Source of the DNA: a virus | Lineage: Duplodnaviria > Caudoviricetes | Length of the DNA: 37,007 nt | Reading direction: 5' to 3' (one strand) | IMG/VR virus record: IMGVR_UViG_3300022666_000200 | Coordinates: 1 to 37,007 of that record | Shown: positions 34,136 to 37,007 of the stretch, in pieces | Layout: the number at the start of each line of letters is the position of its first letter | Position numbering within the stretch: position 1 is the stretch's first letter | Made by a program: the position numbers and the translations under genes | Notes under the pieces: model-generated | Told to the model about the DNA's origin: nothing | Database searches by the model: none | What the model saw: the letters and a program-made list of their open reading frames with translations, nothing else

Positions 34136-34525
34136 CTATTGGTCAGCATAGCGGACGGGGACCTTCCCCTTGATGCCCATTCCACACTCAGGACACCGCC
34201 CTATCTCATCGCCTGTCAGGTTGTACCCGCACCTCTGGCAATGTCCCGGAGGGAAGCGGAAGCGACCACGGTATCGATGTCGATTCTGAAGGGTCCACAG
34301 CCGACGCAGACCCCACATCATTGCAGCAAGCGGCAAGGTCATACAAGCGAGGCTACTCAGGGAGTAGCTCTGCGCTGTTTGCGCGGGTTGCGGAGTCGAA
34401 CGAGCAGACACGACACGAGTCGCTACGCTCCTTGTCAATATCAGCGCGTACACAACCGTCAAGCAGCTAATCACGGTGAAGCTGCCCCATATCGACACGT
34501 GTTGCCATCGAAGTCGCCGTATCAC
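34136..34525 (-). CDS. Host membrane protein with a C-terminal zinc ribbon
   Basis: Two hydrophobic segments, then PPGHCQRCGYNLTG...RCPECG. Start is uncertain. Confidence 0.7.
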   Translation of the reverse strand: MIRRLRWQHVSIWGSFTVISCLTVVYALILTRSVATRVVSARSTPQPAQTAQSYSLSSLACMTLPLAAMMWGLRRLWTLQNRHRYRGRFRFPPGHCQRCGYNLTGDEIGRCPECGMGIKGKVPVRYADQ

Positions 34526-34638
34526 GGCTCAACCCGCCGGATCGGTCACGAGACATCACAGCTGAGCGCGTTCTGGTTCGGCCGTACACTGGAAACTCAG
34601 CCCGCCGAAGCCATACGGCGTTGGAGCGTTCGGGACTG

Positions 34639-36414
34639 TCAGTTCTTATACTTGTTCTCTACCCGAACAAACGGAGTCGCGATCCGCTCGACCGCCCAAG
34701 GCTTTGGTGAATAGGGCAGGTCGAACTGTTCGTGTCGGATGTTGCCCTGCACATTCATTTCGGCGACCGTTTTGTAAGCCGATATGGCCTCTTCTCTCCT
34801 CCCCATCAGGTCCAGCATATGACCTTGCCATACGAGGGCCAGAGCGGAAGAAAACACGTCCTTCTGTGTCTGTAGCTTCTCCGACATCCTCTTGAAAACC
34901 TCAAGCGCGTCCTCGTAGCGTTTCACGTCGTACAGGGCGAGGCCCACTTTGAAGAGCGATTTGGAATCGAGTTCGGTCAGCCACTTGTCCGAATAGGCCT
35001 TGGCAATCTTCTCGTTCGAGCCTCGACCATACCCGGAACGGGTTACGAACTCTTCCGCATTCAGCGGTGGCGGCGGGACGTCAGCGGGGAGGTCCCGCCT
35101 GAAGCTGTTCGGGTCTGTCATGTGCCGCCTGTAGGTGTTGCCCACCCGGTACCACTTCCCGTCAGAATAGACAAACGCGTGCATGTGATCTCGCATCATG
35201 CTGCCCGGCCGTGATACAAAGATGGGGTGCAGACAGCCGTTCGACGGGGCGTCGGGCCACGCGGGCGTGCTGAGGAACGTCATATTGTCCACAAAGTGCT
35301 TGCAGCGCCAGCGCCATTGCTGGTCGGCATCGGTTCTCGTTTTCGTGGAAGTCCACCCCGCCACGTCCGCCTCGAGCTTCTCCTGCTTTGTGCTGTCCTC
35401 TGTGAGTGAATCCACGCTGGAGTTGACGTAGAGAGCCTTGTCCCGTTGGGCGATGGCGCAGCACCATGTGAGCAACGCTCGAACCGGTGTGCTCTGGTCA
35501 CAGTATCTGGCGCCGGAGCAGATCTTCGCCTTCTCGCGTTCGTACTCCTCGGCCAAGGCGGCGTCTCGCTCGTTCCGCAAACCGCGATATTCCGGTGGAA
35601 CATCGGCGAAGGTCGTGCCGTCCCGCTCCGGCCACAAAAAGGCAACGACGCCATCTGCACCTTCCCTGCCGTCAAAGTGTGTGCGGATCGTGACGGCCGT
35701 ACGGCCGTCGACCTGATCGACCGCGACAGGCCGAGGGAAGGCGTCAAAGAAGATCGCGGACCTGGGCAGGACGAACCGAAAGTAGTTCAGGAAATTGTTG
35801 GAGCCGTTGCACTGCCACACGTACCAGGCCTTTCCCTCTTGCCACATCAAGTCGCGGTAGACTTCAAACCCAGACACTTTGATGAACCGGAATTTCTCTC
35901 CAGGCGGTACGGGATTCGGGAAATGGAGGTGGTAATAGCCGGTCGTCTTGGTGACGGGTTCCAGTTCGAAACGGAGTTCTCTGCCCTCCATGTCATAGTA
36001 CTTGGGGTTCTGGTGAATCCCCATGAGCCCGACGCGGCATTTGTTGCTCGGCGAGGATTCCCTGTTCGGCACTTCGCTGATGCTGGCCAGCTTCCAGAGG
36101 CGGTCGCTCTCGACGTACGACGCTACAACGACGAGGCCATTGATAGGGATTCGTTTGGCCTCCTTCTCCTCTTGGGCGCACTTGTCTATTGCGAGTAGAT
36201 CCTTGACCAGCGGGTTGTCCACCTCGAGCTTGATGGGTGCGCCGGAGGCCAGGGTGGCCTTCTGCCCCGGTGCGATGGTCGTGGTTGCTGAGGGTGTTTG
36301 AACCCTCACCTCCCCCTTTTGCACCGTCACCTCTGTCTTCTCCTGGGCGACTCCGACGAGTGCAAAGAACGACAGGGCAAACGCGGCGCGCAAAGCCTCC
36401 GTCCTGTGACACAT
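34639..36414 (-). CDS. Host secreted protein: FecR C-terminal-like segment, central domains, C-terminal TPR repeats
   Basis: AGGAG RBS before ATG 36414. Signal peptide ending LVGVA-QE, then TEVTVQKGEVRV. TPR-like GLALYDVKRYEDALEVF and GHMLDLMGRREEAISAY. Confidence 0.8.
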   Translation of the reverse strand: MCHRTEALRAAFALSFFALVGVAQEKTEVTVQKGEVRVQTPSATTTIAPGQKATLASGAPIKLEVDNPLVKDLLAIDKCAQEEKEAKRIPINGLVVVASYVESDRLWKLASISEVPNRESSPSNKCRVGLMGIHQNPKYYDMEGRELRFELEPVTKTTGYYHLHFPNPVPPGEKFRFIKVSGFEVYRDLMWQEGKAWYVWQCNGSNNFLNYFRFVLPRSAIFFDAFPRPVAVDQVDGRTAVTIRTHFDGREGADGVVAFLWPERDGTTFADVPPEYRGLRNERDAALAEEYEREKAKICSGARYCDQSTPVRALLTWCCAIAQRDKALYVNSSVDSLTEDSTKQEKLEADVAGWTSTKTRTDADQQWRWRCKHFVDNMTFLSTPAWPDAPSNGCLHPIFVSRPGSMMRDHMHAFVYSDGKWYRVGNTYRRHMTDPNSFRRDLPADVPPPPLNAEEFVTRSGYGRGSNEKIAKAYSDKWLTELDSKSLFKVGLALYDVKRYEDALEVFKRMSEKLQTQKDVFSSALALVWQGHMLDLMGRREEAISAYKTVAEMNVQGNIRHEQFDLPYSPKPWAVERIATPFVRVENKYKN

Positions 36415-36434
36415 GGCTGTTTCTCCTGCGGTCC

Positions 36435-37007
36435 TCAGTGGACCGATACCGTGAATTCCGTACCGAGCGCCTCGATCCTTCCTTGGGGTGTACTTATGAA
36501 GAACGGGCCGTGAGGGCCCTTCAGGTCCGCCGTCACTGTTCCCGAATCGACCCTGAACTCGACTTGCCCATTGAAAGCCTCCAACGACAACGTGCCGTTG
36601 GCTTTGAGCCGGACCGTGTTGTCGCCCTTCAGAGCCAAGCCCAGGGATGAACCGGGCGATGCATGGATGCGGTCTCCCACGCAGATGCGCGTCGATGCCG
36701 CCACTTCCTCCCATATCTTCGCGCCGGGGTGCTTGATCAGGACTGTGCCGGTAACGCTGCAAACCCGAATCGGCGTTACAGTCTCCGGCGCACCAGGTGT
36801 CTGTCGCGACCCGGCGACGATGCTCTGCACATGCGGAGCGCCGGATCGGGATCGGCCCAGCCCCAGCCCGATGGACACCCCGAGGACCAGCAGGAGGCCT
36901 GCCGCTGCGGGAGTCGGCAGCCCAAGGTGCACCGGCCATCGGAAGCTGACTCCCTTGGGTGCCAGGGGCCTGTTATCGAGTACCGGAAGAACCCGGTCTC
37001 GGGCCTC
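36435..37007 (-). CDS. Host FecR-domain anti-sigma-like membrane protein (5' end outside the window)
   Basis: Frame is open to the window edge. TM AAAGLLLVLGVSIGLGL, then VGDRIH, VRLKANGTL and FFISTPQGRIEALGTEFTV. Confidence 0.85.
   Translation of the reverse strand, partial: EARDRVLPVLDNRPLAPKGVSFRWPVHLGLPTPAAAGLLLVLGVSIGLGLGRSRSGAPHVQSIVAGSRQTPGAPETVTPIRVCSVTGTVLIKHPGAKIWEEVAASTRICVGDRIHASPGSSLGLALKGDNTVRLKANGTLSLEAFNGQVEFRVDSGTVTADLKGPHGPFFISTPQGRIEALGTEFTVSVH

Noticed and set aside
33947-34714. 255-aa plus-strand ORF
   Set aside because: It spans the att junction and overlaps two better-supported minus-strand genes, with no recognisable motifs.
36415-36939. N-terminal 175 aa of the listed 766-aa ORF
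   Set aside because: It overlaps the FecR-like gene in another frame. RBS and signal peptide place the real start at 36414.
1-37007. CRISPR array, rRNA or IS element
   Set aside because: No regularly spaced repeats, rRNA-like sequence or transposase motifs were seen.

Overview
Positions 1 to about 34071 are the right-hand part of an integrated temperate tailed prophage, almost all on the + strand. Gene order: replication (partial initiator-position ORF, DnaB-like helicase); an acidic protein with three helix-hairpin-helix/alphaCTD-like repeats; ASCH, DUF5131 and DUF5664-like genes; ParB-like and DNA methyltransferase ORFs; terminase small and large subunits; a Mu-like head module (DUF935-type portal, MuF with a C-terminal HExxH domain plus a small downstream ORF, protease/scaffold, decoration protein, major capsid); neck genes; a sheathless tail (internally duplicated tube protein, frameshifted chaperone, tape measure, unusual tail-tip genes); an antisense NDT/TIR-like moron; and membrane/lipoprotein lysis-type genes with no recognisable endolysin. 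The prophage ends at the 3' half of a tRNA-Gly(CCC), the likely attR. Beyond it are three minus-strand host genes whose style suggests Planctomycetota (inference). The most notable observations are: (1) a CGTAGCCAC-N4-(-10) promoter motif in front of the three late units, two apparently leaderless; (2) the triple alphaCTD/NusA-AR-like protein; (3) a candidate MuF metallopeptidase toxin-immunity pair; (4) three tandem tail paralogs next to a protein with three Pro-rich repeats; (5) a host FecR-type domain apparently split across two genes. All family calls come from motif recognition by eye; no database search was run.
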